From NCBI RefSeq assembly GCF_001194135.2, contig NC_068995.1, forward strand, positions 55,310,725 through 55,374,724: a stretch of 64,000 nucleotides of DNA, written 5' to 3'. Origin of the DNA: Octopus bimaculoides. Lineage: Eukaryota. Under the pieces are notes generated by a model, which saw only the letters and a list, made by a program, of their open reading frames with translations, ran no database searches and was not told where the DNA came from. The position numbers and the translations under genes are program-made. This document shows, in pieces, positions 25,771-38,325 of the stretch (position 1 is its first letter; each line of letters begins with the position of its first letter).

Positions 25771-26450
25771 GATGAAAATAAACAGCTTATTTTGCTGGAT
25801 ATGATGGAAAGTGTCAGCTGTCCACAGCCAGTGGACTAAGGTGAAACTTGTTTAGTGGTCATGCAAAGAAACAACATATAAAATACAGAGTAGGGTTTGA
25901 GTTAGTGAGTGAATTAAAAGAAGTAATAAACACAAGAATCGTGACCAAGATGCTAGTTCTTGTTTCAACGGGAAACACAAGAGATGCGTTATAACATGTA
26001 AAACATAAAACGAAAGAACGAAATCCTATCGACCAAAACGGGAGCAAAACAATTTCTGTGGAAACAAATACATAATTTGTACTTTTAAAAATCTGGACGG
26101 ACACATGCTACTTCTTTTCTACGAGATTTATGGCGATCTCCAGCTAAATCTCGCTGAACTCTTGAGGGCTAATGGTGAGACAAATGAGATCATGGCTCGT
26201 AGATGGTTGAGGACGCTGATTGCTAAGAAAAGCTTGATTATCGCAGCTGTGATACAACTACAGGTATATAAAGAGTCGTTACAATGCTGGATAGAATATC
26301 ACGACTAGTTTGTTCCGACTTTGAAATGTCTCCTCATCACCAAAAAGAATAGACACTTCTTCTAGGAATTGCGACCGACAGATAGCAACATCTATCAGAA
26401 ATCTGAGTGCCACCACAACTAAAGTAGCTAGCATCGTCACTGACATCAGT

Positions 26451-26502
<52 letters not shown>

Positions 26503-29500
26503 GTAGGTAGGTAGGTAGGTAGGTAGGTAGGTACAGACATACATCGATACAGATATATACACACACATATATACATATAAACATGCACGCACACATGCAT
26601 GAATATGTGCACACACATGCACACATACACACATATGGGCATGTGTTTATGTATAAATGTATGTAAGAGGCGTTTATCGATTGATGTATATATTATTACT
26701 CATGGGTTTTTGAAGTCACTTGCCGAGTGTAGCTGATCGTTTTGTATGTACATAATTATTTTATCGGCTTACCAGTTAGAATTAGCATAACAGTTGCCAA
26801 AATGTACTTTCAACAACATCAGTTTCATAAAAACAGACAAAACTATTTACAAGGCACATCTCCTTACTGAATTCTTGAAACTATTTAATTCCCAATTCCG
26901 TATAATTTTCCGAAGATTAATCATCTTTTAAATAATTCTTGACACATTGAATTTTTTGGTTTTCATGAATACATCGAATGAAAAAACCCCAAACGTTGAA
27001 CCCGTTCTATAAATAATAAGTCTACTTAGGAAGATGTTTTATGTAGCGCACGTCTTCATTTATCAATGATATTGCTAATTCTACTCAGATATTGTATGAA
27101 CATCATATCATTTGTTTTTGTTTAGTTAACATTTAAGGCTTCTTTTTTGTTACGAAATTTAAATCATTAATCTTAATGAATATAAATTAACATCGAAATG
27201 CTTCGCAAATTAAATTCCTGGCCGTTTGTGTAATCGGTTAGACAGAATTGCAGAATTTATTGCAAATAATTTCAACATTGTGTTTTAGCCAACGAAAATA
27301 ACGAACCAAGAAAAAGAATTAAACGAATTAGGATCCTACATAGCCGAGTGTATAAACCAACTTAATTCGTGTTTATTTTTTTAATTTATTTATTGGGGAG
27401 GGGGGCGTTTTATGTATTTGACTTTGTGCTGTTTTTTTTTCTATGCTTTTTGTTTTGATAAAAGAAAAGTATAAATATACGACATATTTAATTATCCAAT
27501 AGTTTATTATTTATAGTTTGTGCAATCAGGTGAGTGACTGAAAAGATATTAATTTCATCTTTCTATATTCTTTATTCAAATCTATTAGAATATTTGCTTT
27601 TAATCACTGCTGGGCCGATAAAATAAGTGCTAATCACGTTCTTCGATTGATAAAATTCACAATCCTTTCATACATATTTTGGTCACGTGTTAAAGTAGTG
27701 TATCGTTAATCATTAGTCGTGTTATTATTATATTATTCATCATTACTACTAAGATAATTATATTACAGAAATGTAAACTAATTTTGTACACTCTTTACTA
27801 ATGTGTTCTTTTTTCTGCATTAAGAACTCTCTACTGTCAAAATTAGCGTTTCACTCTTTCAGTTTCACTGCATTACATAGAGTTTATAATTTTATCGGTT
27901 TCTAATTTCAGTACCAGACCAGAATTGGAGGGGATCAGTCGATTCCATCAAGCCCTGTATTTGTCTGGTACATCACTCTATTGTCCACAAACGTATGAAA
28001 TGCAAAATGTATTTCTGCAGAGTTTAAACTCTGATCATAAAGAACCCTTGCTGCATACCGAAAGTCATGTTCGAAGCTCTGCAGACTCTGAAAATTCACC
28101 GCCATAGGATATACAATAATAATAGCCATGAATTAATATAATTTGATACAAGGAAGTAACACACAAGAAATAGCATGTGAGATATATTCATAACGGTTCG
28201 ATGAGGCTTAAACAGATTTTGCAGGAATTCAAAATATACCTTACGCCAGATAACTGAGACACTCTTGAAGTCAATGGCAAAAATCCGATCGCTAACGTTC
28301 GGATCAGAACCAAAATCGACTTAGAAATGCCGTCCTTATATTTAAACAACAACTACGAAATTTGCTGATGTACACGAAACTTTATCAAAATGGAGTTTAT
28401 TATCTAGAAGTGTACTAAGCAGCGTTGATTGAAATAAAGGTGTGTACAGTTACGTTTGATATATTTGTGTATTTGGAACGTGGAAACACCTTCGCTGCAA
28501 AAACTGTCAAGTAATATTTTATACCCACAAGTAATATTTTATACCCACAAGCTTTTCGATAAACCTTTGTTCTACGGCACACCATGCCTGCACAAACATA
28601 AGTGAAATTCACAAGTAATATACCATGCATATCATACTCCAGTCCTTTTTTACTACGATAATCTTATAGGAAAAACCGACTATTTTGTGTCTTCTCTTTA
28701 AACAAGATAAAATCTCGCAGTGTAGTAGACAAAGCAAAGAAAGCCGCCAAATTTTAGCATATTGTCTCAGGACTATATATATGTCAGGCGCTACCCTGAC
28801 AGTTGAATTAAATCTGGAACGTAACTAGGCTACTGCTGGTTGAAAACTATATATTTTACTCTATATAAAGTCCATAAAATGTTAATGTTGCTGCCATGTG
28901 AAGGGGAGGTGAAGTAATGGCTTTGCGGGGGATGCAATGAAGAGCATTACATGATAGCTTTCTGAGTCATAGTTTTGCATTCCAAACCTAAGTTAAAGAT
29001 AATTTGTTAATCTTGCTACTGGCGAACAATAAAATATATAACGGCAATAATATACAGAGATTACTTTAATAACAGGTTCACTTTTACAATAAGAAACGTA
29101 TAATTTGCTGTCAATGAAAATAACTATTATTTACTTTCTTTAATGCTGTAATCCGTTGAAATGTGTGTGTTCGTAAATTTCGATGAATTTACTTGTTTCG
29201 GTAATAATTTGCAGTTTGAATACCTTCATATCTGCTGTAATGAACGCCCTAAGAAATGAGAAAATCAAATTTGTTCTATCTTTAGAGAAAGAAGAATTAG
29301 GATCCTATGCTCCTGTATGAAAAATAAATATTTTGCCTTGAAATTTTAGACACATAACCATGACGTTCATCTAAAACCAATGCACCTTACATTCAAATAA
29401 AAGGCACCAATGGTTACACTTTCCAAAATGTTTCATTTTAAAGATGGCAATGAGTTGTTTTAGAGGGAATTTGGCTCATGTTCTTATCAAGTCTATCGAT

Positions 29501-30204
29501 CACGTTATGATTCCGTTTCTGGCTCGTGTATAAAACGTTTCTTTATTGCTGACTTGTTGCAAGTTGATGTTATGCAATTACATATTATTGTTGCCAGTAA
29601 GGTTTTCTGAGTGTCTAATCTGTAGCAGTCACGTTTCTATTACATTCGTGGTTCGCAGTGGAAAATATTAATTACCATATGCGCCGTTTCTAAGAATGAC
29701 AGACTTTCGAAATATATAATGAATAGTTATATTTCTATGACAAATATTGTTATTGTACAGTAGAAATATGTATGCACAGCGATATTAATGTTTGCATGAT
29801 TGAGTATGTCATAATTGAACACAAACTCATTATTTAAATGAGAAACAACCTTCGAAGCGTATAGAAATATAAAAGAATTACTCTATCGTTTGCAGGTTGA
29901 CTGCATTACCAATTACACAATAGATTGCCTATATTTAATTGAGGCAACTAGTAAATCTCTGTATGGTCTCCCGTGTGCCTGAAATAGTAGCAAAGTCTTT
30001 TAAAACTTACACAATGTTGTCTTCAAAATGGAATTAAGCATTGGGTGATTTAATCTCATGTCGCTAAAAGAGATGTGGACATCATGGGTGGAATATCTTT
30101 CGTCAGAGTTCGCCTTGATAAAGACTGGTCTGGAGCTACAGGAAACTATTATTTGGTTTACAATTGTACAAATTTGAAACACAACCATGAATATCTAAAT
30201 ATTC

Positions 30205-30407
30205 CTTTCTCCTCTAGGCACAAGGCCCGAAATTTTGAGGAAGGGGTCCAGTTGATTAGATCGACCCCAGTACGCAACTAGTACTTAATTTATGAACCTC
30301 AAAATGATGAAAGGCAAAGCCGACTTCGGCGGAATTTGAACTTAGAGCGAAGCGAGGGGCGAAACACCGCTAGGCATTTCGCCCGGCGTGCTAACGATTC
30401 TGCCAGC
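30205..30407 (-). mobile_element. tRNA-derived SINE (third family), near full length
   Basis: Reverse complement gctggcagaatcgttagcacgccgggcgaaatgcctagcgg...gttcaaattccgccgaagtcggctttgcctttcatc...aagtactagttgcgtactggggtcgatctaatc; same family as 60596-60800. Confidence 0.8.
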
Positions 30408-30424
30408 CAACATCCTTCTTCATA

Positions 30425-30510
30425 TTCTTTACTGCACTAGGCAACAGGCCCAAAATTTTGAGGGAGGAAGGCAGTCGATTAGATCGACCCCAGAACGCAA
30501 CTGGTACTTA
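30425..30510 (-). mobile_element. Second, 5'-truncated copy of the same SINE in tandem
   Basis: ctaggc..aggccc.aaattttgagg...gtcgattagatcgaccccag.acgcaactggtactta repeats 30214-30290. Confidence 0.7.
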
Positions 30511-30994
30511 AGATCCAAACAGGGACATGTTTCCGTCTATGAGAAATCATCAATTAAATTAATCAAGTACAGCTCGTTTTATCAGGTGACAGCGATTATG
30601 AAATATAAAATTTGACAACATTTTTGAAACATAAATGTATTAAAATTAATTTTATCGGCAGTACACTTTGCATAATCAAAATATGAAATGAACTCAGGGA
30701 AAAATTTATTTTCTTTCGCAACTAAGAGCAAAGTTACATTTAATTAAGGTTATTTTTTTTTTGTGTAGTATTCAATGGCTCACCCCTTGAATTATTTATC
30801 CAAATTCATGTCCTTGTCATCATTGATTTTTTTTTCTTTTAACTTGTTTTATTTTTTAATGAAAGTATGTATTGTTTGTTCTTAATTAAAGAGTGAATTG
30901 TTCGCTTTGAGTTTCAAGGCGCATAATTTGTGCATTGTAGTTACATCATACTCTAATCTAGTGTTTATTCATCTGTATGTAAGGTACTTTTTTA

Positions 30995-31300
30995 ACTTGC
31001 TTCCGGCTGAAAGTTCTAGCTGACTTTTTTACAGTAAGTAAACAAAATTCATAGTACTTTTATAGTGTGTAACTTTTATTTCTTACTTTGCAGTAGGTGT
31101 TATGTGCATAATGGTGTAGCTATGCACAATTAACTTGACAGAGATGCATGTAAGCACCATGTCTTACTGCAGCGGCGACGAGATGATGCGAAGCGACAGT
31201 GTTAGCCAAGCGATGAGGACTTGTGTTATCCAATGCGACAATGAAATCGATTGGTTGACAAAGAAATAAATAATGTAACTACTGAGTTGTTTCTACAATG
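30995..31300 (+). mobile_element. Possible non-autonomous mariner-like remnant
   Basis: ggctgaaagttctagctgact resembles mariner-type termini as I recall them (ggctgaaaagttcataggctga); no coding evidence. Confidence 0.25.
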
Positions 31301-32419
31301 TAAATATGCTTGTTTAGTCCATTTGGTTTGTAATTCGGAGAAATTTAAAATAACAACTTTTATATTTTAAATAAGATTTTAGTAACAAAATGTCGTTTGG
31401 ACATCATTAATGAAATAACAAATATTCGTTTATTTTAGTGCCAGAAATTCATTTTTGGTTTAAAGAGCAATTTATATTAGAAAACTGTATTTAAAAAGAT
31501 ACATAGAATAACGTAGGGTAATCCATCATATTAAGATATATAATTTAGTAATAAACGACAGGCAAAAACTATCAAATCAACATCAATTTGAGTTAAAAGT
31601 TAATTGAGTTCATGAAACAAACCAAAAATTGTGAAATAAGATATACGATATGTGTGGTTCTGTGATGAGGTCTTCATTGTGTATGTCTGCATATGTGTCT
31701 ATTGTTTTTGGGTGGGTTTGCGTTTGTATCTTTGCGTATTCAGCTGAGTGTGTAAATGTATGTGGTTATTCTAGAAATGTCTATGTGCTTTTATGTGAGC
31801 CCGTATTTTATATCTAAACATAAATTATTATCTCGTTTAGGATTTATTGTCTTACTGCAGATCTTTTTTTTTTAACTGTCATATAATGAATGAAATTGAA
31901 ATGATTGATTTCTTTAAAATTATAAATTTTTTAAACAGTTAAAAGTTATCCGCCATGTGTGTGTGGGGGGGTGTTCAAATTTGTCCTAGAATTTAGAGAT
32001 AAAACCTTTTCAGAAATTGATTGCAACCAAAATCATGAAATGTTCTAGTGAAAGAGAGAGAGAGACAGAGAGAGAGAGAGACAGAGAGAGACATAGACAG
32101 AGAGAGAGAGAGACAGACAGAGAGAGAGAGAGACAGAGAGTAACACTCATGTATAAAAAAATGATGTTGCTATTAAAGAAACATATTAAGAAAATAACAA
32201 TCATATCGTGCTAATAAATATTTACGTAAATATAGAAAAACTGTGATGCAGAGATTTCTATGGGAGGAAAAGTAGTATAAATAAATAAAGATATATTAAC
32301 GATTTTCTTTTTCCAGAGACTAAGTCTAACGATTCTATAAATATAAAAATATACATACTCAGACGTGAGTACACAGAGACACAAACACATATACACGAAG
32401 GAGGAATTTCAACCATGTT

Positions 32420-33270
32420 TCGTGGTCTGCTACCACAACAGCTCTTTTATAGGATCCAGTTAGTTCAATGTCATCAGGAGGAACTACGTTCAGTTTCGGC
32501 CCCTACTCCTCTATCGTTTAGACGTGGCGAGGCCCCCGCTTTCGGAAGTGTCTCAGCTCTGGTGTTGAGTGCATGTCTTCTTTCTCTTTCTTTCTTCTGT
32601 TCCCTGGCCTCTTGGATGCAGCGTCAACGAATGTCAGCGGCCGACTGACTGTCTCGTCAATTTTTTCTTTAAATACCCACTGCTAGGCTCCAGCAGGCAA
32701 CCCCAGCAACGTTCATTCCATGAGATTCTGCGACTGATCACATATTCCTCCCATCTCAGGCACTGTCCCTGTTGACTACATTGCACTAAATGTACATTTC
32801 GCCTTTCTTCTCCCTGCTTTCTCACTTCGTGTACCACTGCCTCTTTCATCTCTTTTATACTGCTCTTGTAAAATGGCGTGAAATTGTGCGTCCCTAGGCC
32901 GGCTCTTGCTTCTTGCGTCGCTCCGACTATATCGGCGTGCCTTTGTCTTCCGATCACCCTGTTTACTGCCTCTTCCGCATTCCATTTCCTCCCTGTTCGT
33001 ACCTTTGGAGGGTTTTTTCGGATGCTCTGATCTTTTGAATACCTTAGCATCATTACTGTCCTTGCCTTTCTTGCCTTATATTCTTCGGCGATTGATGTTA
33101 TTGGTAGTTGCAGCACGGGTTTCCCATATAGTGCAGTGGTTTCGGCAGACCAAGCCATTTTCTGATAAACACACTACATTTTGGTTCCATCGTTTCTACT
33201 CTACCCGCGGCTATTTCGTACATTTGCAATGGCCACATTACACTTGGGTACCGCCCAAATTGTAAGTGCA
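32420..33270 (-). mobile_element. HERO-clade (R2 superfamily, REL endonuclease) non-LTR retrotransposon fragment
   Basis: ORFs 33098-33298 (WPLQMYEI...FIRKWLGLPK) and 32634-33158 (TALYG..VLQLPITSIAEEYKARKAR..MMLRYSKDQSIR..PPKVRTGRKWNAEEAV..RHADIVGATQEARAGLG...QQGQCLRWE) match HERO motifs; PDDIELTGSYKRAVV follows downstream. GC is elevated relative to flanks. Confidence 0.8.
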
Positions 33271-33344
33271 TCCGGTAGACAGAAACTGAAAGAAGCATGT
33301 TATGTGTGTGTGTGTGTGTGTGTGTGGGTGTGTGTGTGGTGTCT

Positions 33345-33542
33345 GTGTTTGCGCCACCATCACCTCTTGATAACTGGTGCCGCTGTGTTCGCGTTCCCGT
33401 AATCTAGCAGTTTGGCAAAATAGCCCGACAGACTTAGTGTTAAGCTTTAAAAATAAGTACTGGGGGTTGAATGATTCGACTAAATCCAACGCAATGCTCC
33501 ACCATGGGCGCAGTCTAATGACCGAAACAAGTGAAAGATAAA

Positions 33543-33545
<3 letters not shown>
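33345..33545 (+). mobile_element. SINE 3' half
   Basis: aaataagtactgggggttga..attcgactaaa...atgctccaccatgggcgcagtctaatgaccgaaacaagtgaaagataaaag. Confidence 0.65.
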
Positions 33546-33591
<46 letters not shown>

Positions 33592-34009
33592 GAGTGAGAA
33601 ACAGAGAGCGAGAGAGAGAAAGATAGATAGACTAATATATAGAAATTAAGAAAGATACACAGATCGAAACATAGATATGGATATATATCGTTATGTAAAC
33701 GCATTCATATATTTACAGGAACACACATACAATTTCATAGCATACATCGTCACACTCCTATATGCACATACGAAAAACATCCAATTGCGATAGATTTAAG
33801 TAAATTTTGATTTGTTGGATGTGAATTAGGATTCTGGAGAATAGTTCGGCAGTTCGTTTATTAGATTAATCTATTTCCAGATATTTGTTAGTTGAAGAAG
33901 CCCCGCTCACTAGGTAGACCGTATCAGAGTTTATACGTTAGGATTTAGCGCCATCCAAATAAATGGATTAGATTTGTGTGTGATGGTGGTAGAAGTAGGG
34001 GGGTGATGT

Positions 34010-34027
34010 AGGTGGTGGTGGTGGTGC

Positions 34028-34081
<54 letters not shown>

Positions 34082-34334
34082 TAGTAGTAGTAGTAGTAAT
34101 GCCAGTTGTGGTAATGTTGTTCAAAGTGGTGTAATAGTCGAGGTGGTTGCTGTTGTTAGTGTTGTAGTTGTTGTTGTAGCTATTGCTGTTGTTGTTGTTG
34201 TTGTTGTTGTTGGGGTGGTGGTGGTGGTGGTGGTGGTGGTGGTAGCGATGGCAACGCCGCCGGTGTGTGCATTAATAACAGTTGATGTGGTGATGTTGGT
34301 TTTAGTAGTTGCAAAGACATCAATGCTGATAGTG

Positions 34335-34410
<76 letters not shown>

Positions 34411-34420
34411 CAGCAGCAGC
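34010..34420. repeat. Compound (GTG/GTA/GTT)n trinucleotide array
   Basis: Directly visible; source of the poly-V and poly-L ORFs. Confidence 0.95.
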
Positions 34421-35234
34421 AGCAATCAGTGCTATTTGAGTATTAAATTTTGTACATAAACTTCATAAGTTTAAAGTGATTAAACGTGCGTTTCGAAGTA
34501 ATACGGATTTAATAAACATTTACAATGATGAAAACTGGCCCTGCCATATTGCAATCTTCTCAATGTACATAAAAGACCTACTTATCTGGATATGTGAACA
34601 TGGTCTATATAAACTTAAAATGACATTACATATTTATATTTATGCATATGTGCATATATGTGTATATATGTATTAATGCTGTATGCGTATTTAGATATGA
34701 ATGTACGTATATGCGTGTATGTGTATGTGTCTATGTATATAAGTACGTGTATGAATGAATTCGTTGACATACATATGTATAAAGGGACATAAGTGTGCGT
34801 GTATGTATTTGTGTATGTGATTGCATATGTGTGCATGTATATGCATGGTGTGTGCGTGTGTAAGAATACACCATACAAAACGTGGTGAGAGAGAGGAGAG
34901 AACTTGAAGATAGAAAGAGATATGAAATTTTGTCATAAAGCCATTTACTTCCCTATGCTAAAAGCATTCTATGGTATTGTCGATTATTTGCATCGATATT
35001 TCTATAAGTAGTTCGGTTACCATTTTTGGGTCAAGAGGCTTTTTCCGTGCCCATGATTCAAATAAATGTACTCATGTAATGTATATAGTTAATCTTCTTA
35101 ACAAAACGTATAACGGGCGTACCTAACAAGATCTTTGTGCATGAAATATATTATACGGAAAAGAATGATTCTCTTGTTAAAAAATATTGTTGATTATTCC
35201 ATCACACAATCACGTCAAATCCGATGGTATAGAC

Positions 35235-35406
35235 CAGTGGTTCCTGATCGTTTCACAGTAGTTACCAAAAGTGGTTTCCAACTCTTTTTTTTTAATGAGT
35301 TTTCCCACGGTCCTCTTTTAATATTTATTTATATATATATGAAAGTTTGAATTTAGTTCGCGGACCCCCAATACTATCTTTTGGGACCCTAGGTTGGGAA
35401 CCACTG
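35235..35406. mobile_element. hAT (Charlie-like) MITE, 172 bp, with perfect 8-bp TSD
   Basis: Termini CAGTGGTTCC...GGAACCACTG are inverted repeats. GTATAGAC is duplicated at 35227-35234 and 35407-35414 and fits the NTNNNNAN hAT target pattern. Confidence 0.9.
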
Positions 35407-35450
35407 GTATAGACAGACCTCTCGTTTGTGTAGGTGCAATACGTATACTG

Positions 35451-35850
35451 GGAGGCATGGATGTGTTCGTAAGAAGTTTGCTTTGTAACCCCATGACTTG
35501 CTTTCAGTCCCACTGCACAGCATTTTGGGCAAGTCTCTTTTATGATAGCCCTTGGTTGAGCAAACATCTGTAAATGAATTTCGTAGAAGTTGATTGAGTG
35601 GAAGTTCGTCGTAATGTATATCTGTATGCGTGTGAGTATGTGTGTGTGTATGTTTATTTGTGTTGTGTGTGTATTCGTTCCCATCAGCGCTTGAAACCCG
35701 GTGTTGACTTGTTTAATTTCCCGGGACTCAGGGATTCAGCAAAATAAGTACTTAGATCTGAAATAGGTCCTGGCATCGATTTGTTTGGTTAAACCTTTCA
35801 AGGTGATAATGCAGCATTTGTTGTAGTCTGGTAACTGAAATAAATGAAAC
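35451..35850 (+). mobile_element. tRNA-derived SINE, diverged but near full length
   Basis: Head ggaggcatggatgtgttcgtaagaagtttgc...ttcagtcccactg, internal (TG)-rich block, and tail aaataagtac...tcgatttg...gcagcat...actgaaataaatgaaa. Confidence 0.7.
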
Positions 35851-35929
35851 ATAGTCATTATTTAAGACGTCAGATATGCGGACTTTACGAGGATTAGGCA
35901 CTTAATTTTTTCAGGCTGAATGACCACAC

Positions 35930-37100
35930 ATAGGATAGATTTTTGTTGGTATTTAAGAGTCTTGGCATAAATTCCAGTTTACATCCCATCTACGTATGCT
36001 CTGTGAGTGTATTTTTATCGCAAAACACTGGGCATCCAGAGATAATGTACCTAATTGTTTCTTTACTATCTGTAATTCTGCCCCCATTAAATGCTTCTCA
36101 TGGATGTTATCTGCTGTAGAGAATTTAGTCTTGTACCGCAATCAAGACAATTCAATATATGCTTTGAGTCGCCCGTATTGGGGACTTCTTCTCATCTACA
36201 TAACAGCCTCTTTGGGTTTGTCTCGTATTGGCTATGTAAAGGGTTTTCTTAACGCCGCTCTAACAATGCATTCTGCAGCAAAATTTCTCCTTGGGCTTTT
36301 GCAGTTTCAAAATTTGTACGCATTTTCATTTCTCTTCATAAATATTTTCGACGCTGTTTTGCATTTATTGGCTTTCAGGACGAAAAAGGTTTTCTTTTCT
36401 CTATGTATTGTAGGTATTTGTATTAATTTTCCATGCTTCATTGCTTGCTATTTTTGTAGTTTTATGGTAGATATTTTGTAATAGCTTCCTAGTGGCAAAA
36501 GGTCACTCAAAACTGGTGTTCTTGGTAAATATAATATTTCTATGATTCTAAATGCATTCATCGTTTACCTCGTTTTACTCTCTGCTATTAGTTGTTCGTT
36601 TAGAGACCAACAGTGAATATTTTATCTGTTGTCTTCATTCGGACACCTAGTGCACTAATGGCTATTACTTTATGCCACGCATTTGGCTTTGTTTTAAATA
36701 TTAATCTAACGAGTTCAATCGAATGAGTATTAATCAATAATATTCCAAATCGTTTCTTTCCTTTCTGTGTTTTGTACATTGTCTAGCTCATTGATTCTTA
36801 ATTATTTGTGTTTGGTCCGCTTCTCTTATCATATCTTCTATAACTAGCATGATATTAGTGTTCTAATTAATTTTGCTCTCTTCAATGCTGTTTTGGCGCA
36901 TTTTCAGACCCGAAAACACATATTGATTTTTTTCTTGGTTAAATCCAATGTTATTTTGATTATCAAGCTAGTACAAATTACTTTAATTAGCAGGAAAGTT
37001 ATCTTGAGGTTTGGTGACAATAAATCTCCACAAATCTGAAGAATTTTTTTTAGGATATAGATCTATGCTCGTCGGCAGTGCAAGTCTTAATTCCAAAGTA
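35930..37100 (-). mobile_element. Degenerate Dong/R4-clade retrotransposon fragment (includes CCHC region)
   Basis: Minus frames give KETIRYIISGCPV and NWNLCQ (cf. ETI.HIISGC..LA...IHWNLC). The upstream boundary is approximate. Confidence 0.6.
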
Positions 37101-37559
37101 TTTTTTGCCTTTTAGGGAGTAGTTTGTATTTTGTGATAGGTACAGCAATTACCGCCGGAATAATTCCATATTCTCTTCCACTCGCTGATCTTTCTTACTT
37201 TTTTCAACTCTAGGGAATTGCAGAGTCTACCTAATGAGGTTTTACGAGTTCTCACAATACGAAAGCTTATATGTATGTAGTATTTCTTGATATCTTATCT
37301 CACACACTTTGTTTCCATTTGTCTTATAGTTATTTGTTTCATATCATCCCTTTTACACAGATTTTGAAAGAGTTTTCTATATATACCTTTCCTGACATAA
37401 ATAACTCGACAGGATATGAATTTGAAACTGCACAGACAGTTACTCTCTGGACCATTTCTTTACGATTCTGCGAATACTTTCCACATCACACAAATGATGC
37501 AGCGCTCACGGCGACGTTGGAGAGAATAAATATTTAGCTTTTCTAGTCGACCCCTATAG

Positions 37560-38325
37560 TCAAGGCCTGTCATGCCATCTATATTTTTTGTAATTCACCT
37601 TTGAGGCCCATCAACTTTCATGATACTTTGTATGGAAGTTTTGAAGGATGTAGTGTTTCGACAGCTAACGACTGGTGCAGATAGTTCATTCCATGCTTCA
37701 ACAATTCTGAACGTGAAAAAATGTTTCCGAAAGTCATGGGTGCTATGTTGTCTTTTTGATTTTGTGATCGTGTCCACGAGTGTTTGGCGTATGGAATTCA
37801 AAAAGGTGACCAAGGTTGATGGGAAGATGGTATATAATCTTGTGGGTGTCTACCAAGTCAGTTGAAAGATGTTTAAGATTCAATGTGTCGATACCCAGGG
37901 AAGCAAGACGTTCAGAGTAATTGCTGTACCTTGTCCACAGCTAGCTTGAGTTGCTAGTTAGAGAGCCATTCCTTAATTGTGGCCAGGTCTGATTGTAGGG
38001 AAGCTCTATGGAACAGAGGAACTGTTCTTTATAATTCGAGGTACAGCTTGATGTCATCTGCATATTTCAACACTGTAACATTCCTCGGTTGGCATCTATG
38101 TCAATAATATATGCAACAAGTCATCTTGTAAGGCGAAGAATGATGACCTAGAACCGTAGCTACCTCTTTCCGACCGAGAATGAAGGACCTCAGACAGTTA
38201 TAGAGGTAATCTTTCACACTCATTGCAGTGATTTTTGCCATGAGTCGTTTGTGTAGCACAGAACTGAAAGCTTCAGCAAAGTCAGGGTAGATAACATTCA
38301 CCCCTGAATTGCCATCAGTAACTCG
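37560..38325 (-). mobile_element. CR1-clade LINE fragment (RT through C-terminus)
   Basis: IYPDFAEAFSSVLHKRLMAK (cf. IYLDFAKAFDSVPHKRL), LKYADDIKLY at about 38041-38068, and DFRKHFFTFRIVEAWNELSAPVV...TSFKT (CR1 C-terminal motif). Confidence 0.85.

Noticed and set aside
28508-28551. Exact 20-bp tandem duplication (caagtaatattttataccca x2)
   Set aside because: Only two units with no spacers; a simple slippage duplication, not an array system.
30930-30950. 13-nt match to the miR-33 5' end (gtgcattgtagtt)
   Set aside because: The 3' half diverges and there is no complementary arm within pre-miRNA distance.
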